A stretch of DNA of 64,000 bases from the human T2T-CHM13v2.0 reference genome, Homo sapiens, in the NCBI RefSeq assembly GCF_009914755.1, contig NC_060928.1; one strand, written 5' to 3'. How positions within the stretch are numbered: position 1 is the stretch's first letter; the number at the start of each line of letters is the position of its first letter. The notes beneath the pieces are model-generated. The model searched no databases, was not told the origin of the DNA, and saw only the letters and a list, made by a program, of their open reading frames with translations. A program made the position numbers and the translations under genes. This document shows, piece by piece, positions 14,373 to 28,547 of this stretch.

Positions 14373-15689
14373 CATAAAGCCCTTTTAATGAGAAATGTCT
14401 CTTAGCACTATGGGCCCTGATGTTTCCATAGAACCTGGTGGAGAAATTGCTCTTGTTGGATGTTATCTTCAACTTTATTTTCTGAGAGATTATTGTATCT
14501 AATAATTGATGTTATGTGGTGAGTTTGAAGCATTTACTCATTCTCTGTATTCATCTTCTAACCCTTCCCTTTTAACATTGTGTTGTTGTGTTTTAATCGT
14601 CCTAGTGGTAGTATGCCTATAAAAAGGTAATAAAACTAACTTTCCAAGCATCTTTAGATGGTATAGGTTAATTGCACAAATATAGGTTAAATGCAAAGTT
14701 GAAGAAACTGGACAATGACTGGTATGTCCCTAAACTATTCCCCTTGGAATGGTTCAAGTCTATTCAAATGACATTTCTTTTGTTCAGCAAATTTTTTTAA
14801 GTCTAAAATAAAACTGTCAGGTGAGTGAATAATGAATTGCCATGGAGAAGTTTGAGTGGTTTCTGCAGGGTAGGCTAGACATAAAGAAAAGAATGCATTT
14901 ATCTGATGATTATTTCCCAATGTAGCCTTTATTTTTCTTCTCCTCAAGTTTTCTACAACACTCACGAAGGGACTGATGATTTATTATTAGGAATGTCTAA
15001 TGATGTTGGGAGATACTTAAAATGAACTTCAGCATGAACCATATATCTAATTGGTAATTTGCTTGGTTAAAAATCCTTTATACTCAGGGCTTAGACCAAA
15101 GATTTCGGTTTGTGCTTCCTTTGAGAGCAATGATCTATTCAATATGTCTAACGAAACCATTATAACTATTTGTTATGATGTTAAAATAATTCCATAGTCT
15201 CCTATTTTTCTAGTTATCATTCTAATACAATATTTTTTCTCTCTTATATTAGTAATGTTGTTTCAACATTTCAAAAAAATAGTTACAAAGTCCATATTGA
15301 AGAGACATATTGCACATTAGTATGTATCACTAGATATTTATATTGAGCATCTTCCTAGTGTTGTTATCTCTTCTTATTTCTTTTGTTTCTGTTTTTCATT
15401 AATTCATCTGCTGACTTTTCTTACTTGAGTCACATTTGCAGTTATGTTTCATGCATATAAGCCCCTGAGTCTAGGGCGTTATTAAATCTCATTAAGTAGA
15501 AGGATCTTTTTTTTAATAGTGTCTGTCACTTGACCCTTTTGGACAAAGAATAAAATGTGTCAACTTCTTCCTAATGTTTACCCTGAGATACAAAAACACT
15601 CCTGAACACATGCTAGTTTTGATTACATTGATAGCTGACATTCATCCAAAATTTTAAGGCTCCAGGGGACTCTAGACAGCATCCTGAGG

Positions 15690-16035
15690 TTGGCAGAATG
15701 AGCCTGGACATGGGGGTCAGTCAAGTCAGGTTTCAATCCCTACGTTTCACACTTAGCAGTTATGTGGCCTTGGAAAATTGCTTACTATTCTGGTATCCAG
15801 TCTTCTCATCTATAACAATGGGATAAGTAGTCACAAAATTGACTGCAGGGTAAATGAGACAATATTTCACAGTGCTGGGAGAACATACCTGTTGGTCATT
15901 AAATCTTAGTTTCTTCCTTTTGTATTATAGCTGAGGAAGCAGAGGCCCAGAAGAGCTTGAGGGTTTTCCAAGCCTCCATAGATATACTGGCAGAGCTGAG
16001 GCCCAGGTCTTCAGACTCCATGTTTTGATTCCACT
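15690..16035. mobile_element. Two MIR fragments (15690-15910 plus; 15925-16035 minus)
   Basis: 'cacttagcagttatgtggccttggaaaatt...ctcatctataacaatggg' and 'atagctgaggaagcagaggcccaga'. Confidence 0.7.
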
Positions 16036-16134
16036 ATTTAATTGATAAGTAATTTTTTACTTTTAGTAAAAATGAAATTATAGAATAAATTGATATATTG
16101 TTTGGTAGAAAACCAAAAGCCTGTGATCTAATAT

Positions 16135-16330
16135 AGTGATTTTCACTGGTGCTTGAACCTCACTGCATGTTAGAATCTTCTAGGAAGCTTTAATAAAATC
16201 CCACTGACCAGGCCATACCCCACTCTTGTTAAATCATTGTATCTCAGGGTGGGACTCAGGCATGAAATTGTTTTTATAACTCCCTCTGTAATTTCAATGT
16301 GATCTTATGCACAGAATTTGCTGACACTGT
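16135..16330. mobile_element. MER5A hAT-Charlie MITE
   Basis: 'ctgcatgttagaatcttctaggaagcttt', 'cagggtgggactcaggcat', 'aactccctctgtaatttcaatgtg'. Confidence 0.75.
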
Positions 16331-17010
16331 TGAGATACTTCAAACCATCTGTAAGATAGTTTTAAAAGTTTGTTCTTTTGTCAATAGATCAGGCATCTTG
16401 AGGAATATTGTTTTCCTTAAGTGTTTTCTTGTGGGGAGGGGTTGGGGAGAAAAGGATTTATTTCTTGCCCTGCAATGAAACCAGTTGTCAATGAAGTCTG
16501 AGATCTGGAGTTGGCAGATCCAAGCCCTACAGCATAGAGCAGAATATAAAAGGGAGGTGGGGCTGGAGCTGAGGACCCCTGGCAAAATCAAGTGCAATGT
16601 GAAGCCACTGAGCTCTTTGCTTCCTGGCCTGGAGGTTTCTCACTGACAACAAAATGTCAGGACCATCTCCCTGAGAAAACTGGGAGGCTTTGGAGAGCCA
16701 CAGCTCCTCACGGGCCCCTTGATAGCACGTGTCTGTTGCACTGCTTATTTACTGGGATAGTTGTTCCAAAGCAAAAACACCTTCAACCTCATTTTGGTGA
16801 CACTTTTGCCAATCTTGACATCCGGGTCACCTTTGTGGTCTGACTTGATCATTTTCTTACTAAACTCTGGGGGTTTTAGAAGCAGGCACCTAGTCCTTAT
16901 AGCGTTTGTAGCCTCAGAACCTAGCTCAGTGCCTGCTGCATAGTAATCCCTTAATAATGCTTTTAAATGAAAGAAAAAGCTTGCCACACAGAAAAACAGA
17001 ATGTATATAC

Positions 17011-17012
17011 GT

Positions 17013-17044
<32 letters not shown>
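17011..17044 (+). repeat. (TG)n microsatellite
   Basis: Direct inspection. Confidence 0.95.
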
Positions 17045-17517
17045 CATATTATGTAACAGTTTGTATCCTGGGAAATCATTTGCCTGATCAAAATATTGAT
17101 TGCTCCGGGAAGTACTGGGTGAACTGAGTATATTCCTTATGGCAGACAAGACTTAGCAACAAGAAGAAAAGGAGTCATGGAATGGGAAGCAGAAGCTAAG
17201 GCAGGCAGATACCATGATAGTGAAAGCAGGAGAGCCTGACACTGAAAGGGACAATGTCTAGAAAGAGGAACAAAATTCTCTAACTGTATAAAATCCCTTA
17301 GTCTATTACTACTTCAGAAACATCATGCCCAATATACTTTTGTATTTTCATATATTCCTTCCTTGCAATGCCTTTCATTGAAATACCTAGCTGCATTCTC
17401 AAGCGGCGGTTGTGGTCGGTCGGATCTGGAGTGGAGAATGGCGAGTAAGCACATAAAATAGGTGAGACTTTTGACTGTCTTCTTCATGGTTTCTTGATCA
17501 TATTGCCATACTCCTTC

Positions 17518-17797
<280 letters not shown>

Positions 17798-18024
17798 TCA
17801 TTTAAAAAAATGTATAATCAGTGGGTGTGACTACTCCCTTTCCACTGTGTGCGTGCTGCCTTGTGATGTTTCTGCTTCAAGGTCCAGCTCAATGCCTCTT
17901 TGCTATAGGAACCTTCCATGTTGGCTTTACCCTTCAGGTATATTGTGGTTTCCAAATTATGTATCATTGGAAGGTTTGAAAAGTTTGGGACTCATGATAA
18001 TGAGAGCTAGTATTTATTGAGTGG

Positions 18025-18470
18025 TGTAATCAATCCAGATCCTGGCAGGACACAGGTAGCACACTTAGTTTGTGTTTTTGAAGGCATTTTTAATGAAGGA
18101 ACTATTTACAGAGGTGTGGGCGGGGTAAAGGCAACCAACAAGGACTGCTGGAACTGGCACAGTAGGAAGTCATTGTCAGCACCGACATAAAGAGGCGGAG
18201 GAGCTCTGGTGTTCCTGGCCCTATTCAGGGCTGGAACCATTAAGTGGTGCTATTCAACATGGAAGTTCCCTAGAGAGGAGGGAGAGAGCAGGAGGAATAA
18301 CTTCCCTAGACTCTCACTCCTGTTTGCTTCCAGTCTCCTGATAGTGCTTCTCACTGACTGAAATTAGCCAGAATCCGCATGACCCAGAAGCCTGAGAGTG
18401 GAGAACTTAGAGGACAGCAGGGAATGGGGCAGAGAAGTATGGAGAGCAGATCTGGGGGCAAATGGAGTGC
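18025..18470. mobile_element. Old ERVL-class LTR (LTR67B-like) inserted into a minus-strand MIR (about 17995-18600)
   Basis: 'cctggcaggacacaggtagcacac...aggaactatttacagaggtgtgggcgggg'. The MIR blocks 'gctagtatttattgagtg' and 'gaggaaactgaggtc...gggattcaaacc' flank it. Confidence 0.55.
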
Positions 18471-19059
18471 ATGCCAGACACTGTGTGAAGTGGGGATTAA
18501 TACTAATTTACGGAGGAGGAAACTGAGGTCATACAGGTAGGAAGTCATAGAACTGGGATTCAAACCATGTCTCCAGGCCCCTGAAGACCAAGCTCTTCCC
18601 GTGAGCAGGTAGCTTCTCACTACTGCACCTGGCCCCTCCTCCTAACCAGATCATGCTTTCCTGGAGGGTAGCATGTTTTCCTGGAGGGGAAAACACAGTA
18701 GGTATTCAACACAACATAAGCTAGAAACGGCATTTGGTTTTATGTGATAATTTCTAACGGCTGTCTTTAACGCAAATGTGTTTAACAATAAAATCAAAAT
18801 TTTAATATTCAGTCTCAACATTTTCCATCACGATTTCCTGACATTTTCCTATAATCATTTGCTATTGAATATTGGGACAAGATAGAGCAAAGCCTTCCTT
18901 TAAAGAAGAATACGAAGCTATTTTCTGTGGGTATATAAAAGTGTGACATTTTAAGAAAGAATAATCCACAATATTGCCACTAAAAAAAAAAAAGGTTTTT
19001 CTAGAAAATTCACTGATTTAAAAAGTCAAATTCTCTAGCAACCACCAAGTAGTGGGGTG

Positions 19060-19280
19060 ACAGCACAGTATTTTGGAAGAGGCACTGTGCTGGGAGTCAG
19101 AAGCCTGGTGTTCTAATTCTTCCACTTTCCAAGGCTGTGATCTAGGAAAGTGTTTGAACATCCCCGTGCTCTCATTCTCAACTATTAAATGGAAGTAATA
19201 ATACTTACATGGCAACATCATAGGTTTGTTGTGAAACTCAAATGAGATTATGGGATAGATGTAAGTAATCTTTGAAGATC
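19060..19280 (+). mobile_element. MIR SINE
   Basis: 'tgggagtcagaagcctgg...ctgtgatctaggaaagtgtttgaac...gttgtgaaactcaaatgaga'. Confidence 0.75.
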
Positions 19281-20050
19281 CCCTGCTGGCTCTGAGTCTC
19301 TAATATCTATTTAAAAGGGCTTAATAATGTGTGAAGAATGACTCAAAGGTAAAGGCTTAAGAGATAAAATGAGACACTGCCATATTTAAGCCATCAAAAT
19401 GTTCTGTCTGGGACTTTTTGTGAATGCAAATTTTATTTTAATTTTAAGACAGAATAAGAGGGATTAAGTGTACCAGAGCCGAGATAATGGCAAGTATTCA
19501 GGAGGGAGTTAGGATTATTTGAAGAGTTTTACTGTATCATGTTCCTCCCTGCCCCTTATATTAACTTCATTGGAAACTATTCTTTGGATTTTATGCACTC
19601 AACGTATTGAATCAAAGTGAGAAAGGCAGAAAAGATGCCTTGTACCCATCGTGCTACTGTGCTTTCAGGCAGGTAATGACTAATAAGTACACAGTGTCCT
19701 GAGGAAACCACGTGATATGTTCCAGTCATGGTCCCAAAGTCCTCTTGGGAGGTTGAAAAGTGGTTCTTTAGTTGTCAGAGGAAACACAAAATACACAGTT
19801 AGTGTTGCATTAGAGAGTAAAATCAGGGAAGAAAAGAAATTTCAAAAGCCTTTCACGGTCAAAATTATTTTTAGTAGTGTGTGCCAGTATGATTTATTTG
19901 TACTTCATTTAGTTTTTCTTTACTCAGGTATATTTTCCTTAAGGTGGATTCAAATGTCAATGAATTTCACTCCCAAAGGGGAAATTTATACTTTTTCTAA
20001 ATTATTTAGCCTTTAGTTTTCCAGTCACCACATCAAAACTCTACACCATC

Positions 20051-20445
20051 TGCTATGATTTGAATGTTTATATCTTCTACAAAATCGATGTTGAAACTTA
20101 ATCCCCAATGCAATAATATTAAAAAGAGATTAGGTGATTAGGTCATGAGGGCTCTACCCTCATGGATGAGATTAATGCCTTAAGAAAGGCTGGAATAAAC
20201 TGGCTAGTCCCTTTGTGCCCTCTGTCCCTTCTGCCATGTGAGGACGCAGAACTTGTCCCGTCCTATAAACACAGCTACAAGGTGCCATCTTGGAAGTAGA
20301 GACTGAGACTTCACCAGACACCAATCCTGCTGGTGCTTTGGCCTTGGACCTTCCAGCTTCCAGAACTGTGAGAAAGTAATTTCTATTATTTTAAAATTAC
20401 CCAGTTTCACATATTTTGTTATAGCAGCATGAATGAACTAAAATA
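20051..20445 (+). mobile_element. MaLR solo LTR (MSTD/MSTC-like)
   Basis: TGCTATGATTTGAATG...GAACTAAAATA termini; perfect 5-bp TSD ccatc/ccatc. Confidence 0.9.
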
Positions 20446-20559
20446 CCATCTCTTTTTTGAGATAATTGTACTTTTCGGAAAATAAAAAAAATTAAATATT
20501 TTTTGTCATCTTCTTCGTCTTTTCTCAAGTATATCTGCCTCACTGAGGACTACTCTGAA

Positions 20560-20800
20560 TGTGCTCTCCTTCCTGGAACTTCTGGTTACTCTTACTTAGC
20601 TTTATTTTTCCTTCCCATTACTATAATTTCCTAATATATGTGATGAATTTATTACACTTATTGCTTCTTGTCTATCTGTGTGTGGAGAAGACAAGCTCTT
20701 CGAGGGAAGGAGTCTGTTTCATTCCATGACTCATCACTAGCACCTAGAACAGTGTCTTGTACTGAGTAAGGATTAATTAAGCATTGATTGAGTGAATGAA
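20560..20800 (+). mobile_element. L2 3' end
   Basis: 'ctagcacctagaacagtgtcttgtactgagtaagg...ttgagtgaatgaa'. Confidence 0.7.
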
Positions 20801-21299
20801 CAGTAAGTATACATGCTCAGTATAGAAATTTGAAAAGTAAAATTTTATGGAAGGAAATAAAATCTCCTGTAATCTTAAGAGGTAACAGAATAACACTTCC
20901 ATATATCCTGTTTCTTCGCCCATTCATCCTACTAACATGGTTAATAGAAGTTAGAAAACTACATGCTGAACCATCTTGGCCTTGCTGTTGCCCAGCCTCT
21001 TTAATTATCCTTCCTCAGGAGCCAGCTGTCTTGTGCCGTGATCTTCCTATCTCTCCTTATATTAGAATCAACTGTTTTTCTTCATTTTGGCCTCATAACA
21101 CCCCTTCCAAACTGTTATCACACCATTGGTAGGATCTTTGTACCAATTTCAATTCGGACTCCGAGCATGGTGAATTATTAATTGGCTGGAAAAAATTGTG
21201 TGTATGCATGTGCTGTAATTGCTGATTTATTTACTCAAGAATAACTAAAAGTTGGGTTTATTACTTGCAATCAAGAGGTTTATTGACACTTTTGTAATT

Positions 21300-22310
21300 A
21301 TCCTTTAGCCATTTCTCTGATTTTTCTCTTTGGATTCATAGAAAAAGAGATAACTACATGAAAGGAAATGAACCTGTTTTGAAACTTGATACATTTTACC
21401 GAACTCCTTTCCTATCAGGAAATAATACCAATAGCAATAATACTGGTATTATTACGAGCAGTTCATAATGCCGTCAGGAGTTTTTGACAGTTTCCTGTGT
21501 CAATCTCACTATACTGTTATTTTCAAAATTTGCCAAGTTGATAGGTAAAAAATATCTCATGATGATCTGAATTTGATCATTACTAATGAGATTAAATCTT
21601 TTCATCAGCATTAGCCTTGTGTATTTCTTTTTGAATTAATGCTCTTTGATCTTTTCTGTACTGGTAGGTTTATAGATATATTTAGGTATTAAAGCTTCTT
21701 ATATACTAAGAATAGCAACTCTTGTATCTTATGTATGTTGCAACTGTTTGGTCTCAACTTGTTTGCCTTAAAATGTATGTATGGTTTCTGATACTGTCTT
21801 AGTTCAGGCTGCTATAGTATATTAGCATAGACAGAGTGGCTTAAACAATAAACATATTTCTCAGAGATCTGGAGGCTTGAAGTCCAAGGATAAAGAGCCA
21901 GTAAATCAGGTGTCTGGTGAGGGTCTGATTCCTGGTTTGCAGATGACCTTCTTCTTGCTGTAGTCTCATATGGAGGAGAGAAGAAAGAGAGAGAGAATTA
22001 GGGTGGGGTAGGGAGAGGGAGAAAGAGAAACAGAGAGAGAGAGAGAGAGATGCTCTGATGTCTCGTCTTACAAGGGCCCTAATTCCATCCTGAGGCTCCA
22101 CCTTCATGACCTAATTAATTCCCAAAGGCCCCACCTCCTAACGGCATCACCTTATGGGTTAGGGTTTTGACATATAACTTCTTTTTGTTGGTAGGGGGAA
22201 CCCAAACATGCAGTCTGTAACATATATTGTGTTTATGTTTAAATTTTCATGTTTAAATTTTGGGAAATTAAATTTATTAATCTTTTCCTTTGAGATTTTT
22301 CACAGAAAAA
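21300..22310 (-). mobile_element. Old L1ME fragment interrupted by MLT1A
   Basis: 'ttgccaagttgataggtaaaaaatatctcat', 'tatgttgcaactgttt', 'aatttattaatcttttcctt'. Confidence 0.6.
21795..22222 (-). mobile_element. MaLR LTR MLT1A/A0 with internal GA-rich tract
   Basis: 'tgtcttagttcaggctgctata...ggtgtctggtgagggtctg...aaacatgcagtctgtaaca'. Confidence 0.88.
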
Positions 22311-22538
22311 TTACATATTTTGGCCTTTCCATGTAAGTTTCAAATGAAAAGAACTGGATTTGTGAGGAATTATTTTATTACTGGACAGAGCTGTGTTCTG
22401 TTTTGTCAATAAGAATGCTCGTCAGTATGTTATGTGCTACTGATTTCAAGGTAGAAGCTTCCTAAATACCAAACTGTATAATCTTTAATAAATTCCTATT
22501 AATATTTTCAAAACTTATATTGTGACTCTAGTAAATAG

Positions 22539-22894
<356 letters not shown>

Positions 22895-24179
22895 TGATTA
22901 TATCCATACCTGCCCCATTTAAGCTGTTCATGGATTTACCATCATGTTCAGGATAAAGCTCAAATTCCTACCTAGCATGTCAAATTCTTGATGATCTTGC
23001 ACTTGCAGACCTCTCCAGGTCTTCTCTCCCAACATCCCTTCCTACTTCCACTTCATGCAGAACCACTTCTAATTACCTGAACACATTATTCTCCCTTTCT
23101 TTCTTTGGTTCCCTCTACCTGTAATATTTCCCCAGCCTAGCTAACTCCATCCTATGAGACACCTGCAATGCATTCTTTTCCAGACAAAAATTGGATACAG
23201 TAGTTCAGCCAGGTGTCCTATTTTATGCTAGGAATATAGTATCACTCTCTGAAACTCAGAGTTGCTGTATCAATCAAACCCGCTGGCTAATTATTTCCAG
23301 GGATGACAGCCAAATGTCAGCACTATTTATCTCAGTGTACTAAAATAGAAACTTGTCTTTAGTGGACGTGAGTGTCTTTAGTGAGAAATACTGAATGCCT
23401 TCACAATCTGGATCAATTCATTCAACTCCCGGGCATGGGCGTTAGAGGCAGCCGGCTCATCTTTGATAGAAAGGCAGGATCATGTAAAGCCCCGTAGGAG
23501 GCTGGAGTCCCACTGACGTTCTTTAAGTTTTGGGCAGTGAAATAGAAAAAGTTTCTCTTAAAAATTCCCAGACCTAGATGATTTCTCCTGTGCTACACGA
23601 TGCAGAACTCTGAGGTTTCATGAAAGTATCTGAGCGAATTCAAAAATCATTTAAAGGACTCCATCCATAGGCAGCTCTGAGCTTTACTTTCATAGAGAAG
23701 TGTCTGAAATCTCAGTTTGGGGAACAAAATAAGGCACAGTGTCAAACTTTAACATTTGAATTTTAACTCTTAGGTAGCAAATTGATTCCCAGATTCTTAC
23801 TGTGGGACTTTTATTTGTTATCACACAAATTGAATGCATCCTACAGTGAGTTCCCCGCAGGAAGTATAGCCAAAATATTTCTAAGTGAGAGAACAGCTTA
23901 CCTATCCTTTGCTCTCAAGATCTTGACTCTATGGTATCTTCAGAATGGAAATTTTTGTTCAGTTTAAATTATCAAACAATTCAAATTGTAGAGATGAGAA
24001 AGACCTATTTTCATAGTGAACTGCCACATTTTCTCATGGTTTATTATTTGACTCAGAATTCTCAGGCAGCAATTTAAAAAACAGTGTTTATTTTTTTAAT
24101 CTACTTTGATCTCTAGTGATATCAGCATAGTTATGATAATCATCAAAATGGTTACTAAAAATATATACTGCAGGGAGAG

Positions 24180-24784
24180 TGTAGTGGACACTGTGGTGTG
24201 CCACCCACATTCTTCTTCAGGGAGAAGGCCCTCCTATCCCCAGCCCCTAGAAGATTTGTTGTTGACAGCTCACGGCTGTGTCACTTTCAGGAAACTGCCC
24301 AAGGATTAAGACATCATCAACCAAAGTTACAGTTCCTTCCTGGGAATAGCCCACATTCAGTGCCTGATTGTTAATGACAGAGGTGTATACAAGCCAAGAC
24401 ACTGTGTACACAGTGGGGAAATTCTTACTGTGGGGAATTTTTTTTTTAATTATACTTTAAGTTCTAGGGTACATGTGCACAACGTGCAGCTTTGTTACGT
24501 ATGTATACATGTGCCATGTTGGTGTGCTGTACCCATTAACTCATCATTTACATTAGGTGTATCTCCTAATGCTATCCCTCACCCCTCCCCCAGCCCCATG
24601 ACAGGCCCTGGTGTCTGTCCCAGCTCTAGAGCACCTGGTGGATTGGTTGAGCCCGTACAGTGTAACCTCTTTTTCTATCTAAACCAGTTTCTGTCCTCCC
24701 TCACAGGTGCTGGTCCTGAGACTGCTACCTGATTACCATTTTGCACATAAATGTCAGTCTGCTTCCTGGGGCTGACTTGAGACA
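24180..24784 (+). mobile_element. ERVL LTR16-like element interrupted by an L1PA 3' end
   Basis: 'tgtagtggacactgtggtg', 'tgacagctcac', 'cccagctctagagc', 'cacaggtgctggtcctgag', 'gtctgcttcctgggg'. Confidence 0.7.
24438..24614 (-). mobile_element. L1PA 3' end, severely 5'-truncated
   Basis: 'ttatactttaagttctagggtacatgtgcacaacgtgcag...cctaatgctatccctc'. Confidence 0.93.
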
Positions 24785-24818
24785 GCATCTATAATACAAT
24801 ACAACTGTGTTCTGAACT

Positions 24819-25098
<280 letters not shown>

Positions 25099-26872
25099 AT
25101 TTCTTTTTTGTCTTCAGAAAAAAGTGAGTGGAGAAGAGTGAGTAGGTCATGAAACCTTCAACAATTTGGAACCTGACTGCTAGGCTAGTTAGTCCAAATT
25201 GAGTTCCCAGTGTGTATCCTGACATGATGCTTGGTCTTCACATAGAATGGATTCTTGGCTAAAAATCTGACATTCTTACAGATTAGGATTTTCTAAAGAT
25301 TTAAGATTGTTAAAAACCAATTCCTGGGAGACAGAGTTAGGAGCACTTTATGCTCTCATGGCTTCCTGATTTTGTGCCATATTATATATGGAATTAAAAT
25401 TTCCTTTTTGCCTGTTCTTTCCACTTCTGTATAGACTCTATGAAGAAAAGAACTGAGGTTTTTTTTCCCTCTATTGTATCTACAGTAGCTAGAAAAAATA
25501 ATATTGATAAATATATTTGGATATATTAATATTTTATAAACAATGCAGATGAAGAAATTAAATTTTTATATTGAGCAGTAATTTTTAAAAGGCTACCAAC
25601 AAGCATTTGCTGGCTAAAAACTATTTGAGCATCAATGCCCTAAGTTGGTGGCTTTTAAATTTTTCCTCTGTAACTCACAAAATATATACTGTGATATAGT
25701 TTACACAATCATGCACAGGCATATAAAACTAAAAAACACTTTTATGAAATCATTCATGTACTTACTACTTGTGTTCCACTCTGATATTTCCTATTCTATT
25801 TAATTTTATTAAAGGAAAATCATGAGTGGACCTACCAAGTCAATATTGCCCCTCACAAGTGTCATGACCAGCAGTCCAAAATGCTTTCTTGGTGCATATT
25901 GTCCATTGCTATCTTGAAAAACCCGATGTGCTAGGGAAAAAAAACATGCATACATAAAACAAGAACATATACAAAACAACAGACTGGTGGAATTCAGAGC
26001 AACACGGTGCAAACATATTGAAGGAGAAACAAGTAATGAAGAGATCTATGCAAACACTTGAGGAAGTAAGTTTTAAACTGGATTTTGTGAAGTAGATGGA
26101 ATTGAATTGGCAGAAATAAAAGAGAAAAAGGAATGGACAAAATTTTAGAAGTCAGATATTTCCCAGCCCTCAATTGCTGTCAAATTGGTGTCAGTGAGAA
26201 AGTTGCAACAGATTTGGGAGAAAAATAATTTTAAAAACCAAATGGATTCTATCTTTAGATTGCTTCATCATCTTTTAAGTTCTCACTACTATTTAAAGAA
26301 AAATGAACCTTGACATGGTAGGCTCTGTTAGTGATGTGATAAACTAGAAGAAGAAATTTGGCCTAATATGAAAATATTGGTGAATGAATGTTTATTTATA
26401 CCTTCAAAGTCTGTGTAGATAGCAGTTTTAAAAATGATTCTCCATTTTATCAGACTTTTATTTTTTTGGAAGAGATATTATCTCTTCAATGGTTAAGTGT
26501 CCAAGGACAGATGAAATAAAGAGCAGTTTCAAATATGAATTTAATCAGAATCTCAAGGACAGACTTCTAAAATGCAGACACGTGTATGCAGCTAAGGCTC
26601 TTTTCACATGTGTACCACTGGTGATTTATTTATTTAAAGATGGTTAATGATCCTCTCAACCTCTACTGGAGATGGTAGAGAATGAGAAATACTGTTGGAG
26701 AAACCTGTAAACCAGAGAATAAAAGAGACAGCTAGGTCCTCAGTATGAGTATATTATAAAAGAGAAGCAGACAAAAGCTTTTCTTGCTCATTATTCTGAA
26801 GAACACACTTTTAAAGTTGTTAGTTTTCTTTATCAGTGCCTGGAAGGGTTCCTGACTTTGAATCCTTCTTTA

Positions 26873-27197
<325 letters not shown>

Positions 27198-27719
27198 GCC
27201 CAAAAATTAATTTGGAAACATAAACCAACATTTAAGAATCAGAATTTTGAACGGTTAAGAAAATAGTTAAATGGATTATGATAATTATATCAATCATCTA
27301 TGGTTGTTTATAATTTCATTTTACCAGAAAATTATTGAGTCTTCACCAGGTAAAATTGATAGAAATATCTCTTTCCTGGCCTGTCCTTTATTCTATCCTA
27401 CTTTTGTTATTTTATTTCTCTGATCATTTTCTTCCTGCCCTACAGCGTTCTTGTTCCATGTCTGCTAGCACTGGGAATGGTTGCTGCCTGTTGTTAGGGT
27501 GTGTATTACCAGTTTCAGAGAATTTGAATTCTTAGTATCTGTCTGCAACTGTTAAAGGGTGAGATAGAGTGGTAGCTTTTGTTCCTACTTAACCGTTTTT
27601 GAGGGGTTTTCAGAGCTGTTTTATCTATTTGGCTAAAATATTTGAAACCTTAAAAATATTTAAGACTTAGAAAATCAATTTAAAAACATAAAATAGAAGT
27701 TACAATATCAAAATTGACC

Positions 27720-27925
27720 ACGGTTAATAATCATGTTTTCTATATTTCAAAATTGCTAATAAATTTTAACATTCTCACCACAAAAAGATGATAAATTGGT
27801 GGGGTAATGGATAGTTAATTAGCTTGATTGAATCTTCCCACTGTATACATAGATCAAAACATCACATTGTATCTCGTAATTGTGTATACACATTTATTAT
27901 GTTTCAGTTAAAAATGAATAAAAGA
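27720..27925 (+). mobile_element. L1MA 3' end
   Basis: 'atatttcaaaattgcta...tctcaccacaaaaa...gttaattagcttgatt...aaaacatcacattgta'. Confidence 0.85.
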
Positions 27926-28074
27926 AGATAACAAAAATTGCAATCTCAACTGGATAGTAATTTCAGAAACAAAATTATGAGTCTTTTCACATTTTATGGC
28001 ACACACTTCTTTTTTTTTGTGGGGTATGGGTACATAGGAACGTGTTTGATATAGTCAATTTAGTTGATTTCCTC

Positions 28075-28420
28075 TTGTATCTCTGCCTCAGAGCTTTCTC
28101 CAAAGTCAAGGGAGGTAGATCAGCTCTTGCTCACAAGAGGGGTCCTGAAGTGCAGAGAAGATTATTCTGTGGGGCAACCCTTGACCAATGCGGGGTGAGA
28201 GTCCATGTGCTTCTCTGAGATCCTGTGGAATCAAGCACCTTTGCCCACTGCAGCCCCTTGATGACACGCCCTTGTACTGGCTTTTCCTCCTTCCCTGTCT
28301 CATTCTCTCCCCTTCCTCAGCCCTGCTTCCTCTGACCATTCCCCAAATAAGGACTCACGGAGACCCCATTTTACATGAGCTTCTGATAATCATGAGTAGC
28401 TCAACCTTAAACGGCTAAGT
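28075..28420 (+). mobile_element. ERVL LTR33-like fragment
   Basis: 'ggggcaacccttgaccaatg', 'tggcttttcctccttccctgtctcattctc', 'ccccaaataa'. Confidence 0.55.
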
Positions 28421-28528
28421 GTTCCTACAAAGGGTGGCACTTCTGGTCAAGTTGTGCCCACTGGAAAGGGCGGAGATTGTTACTGAGAGAGCGCAGGTAC
28501 CTGAGAATCCCAGCATGGTGAACTGATG

Positions 28529-28547
28529 TTCCAGCAGAGGGCAGTGC
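28529..28547 (+). promoter_or_regulatory. CTCF-type core motif
   Basis: TTCCAGCAGAGGGCAGTGC contains an exact match to CCASYAGRKGGCRS and lies in a locally GC/CpG-richer, non-repeat stretch. Confidence 0.6.
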
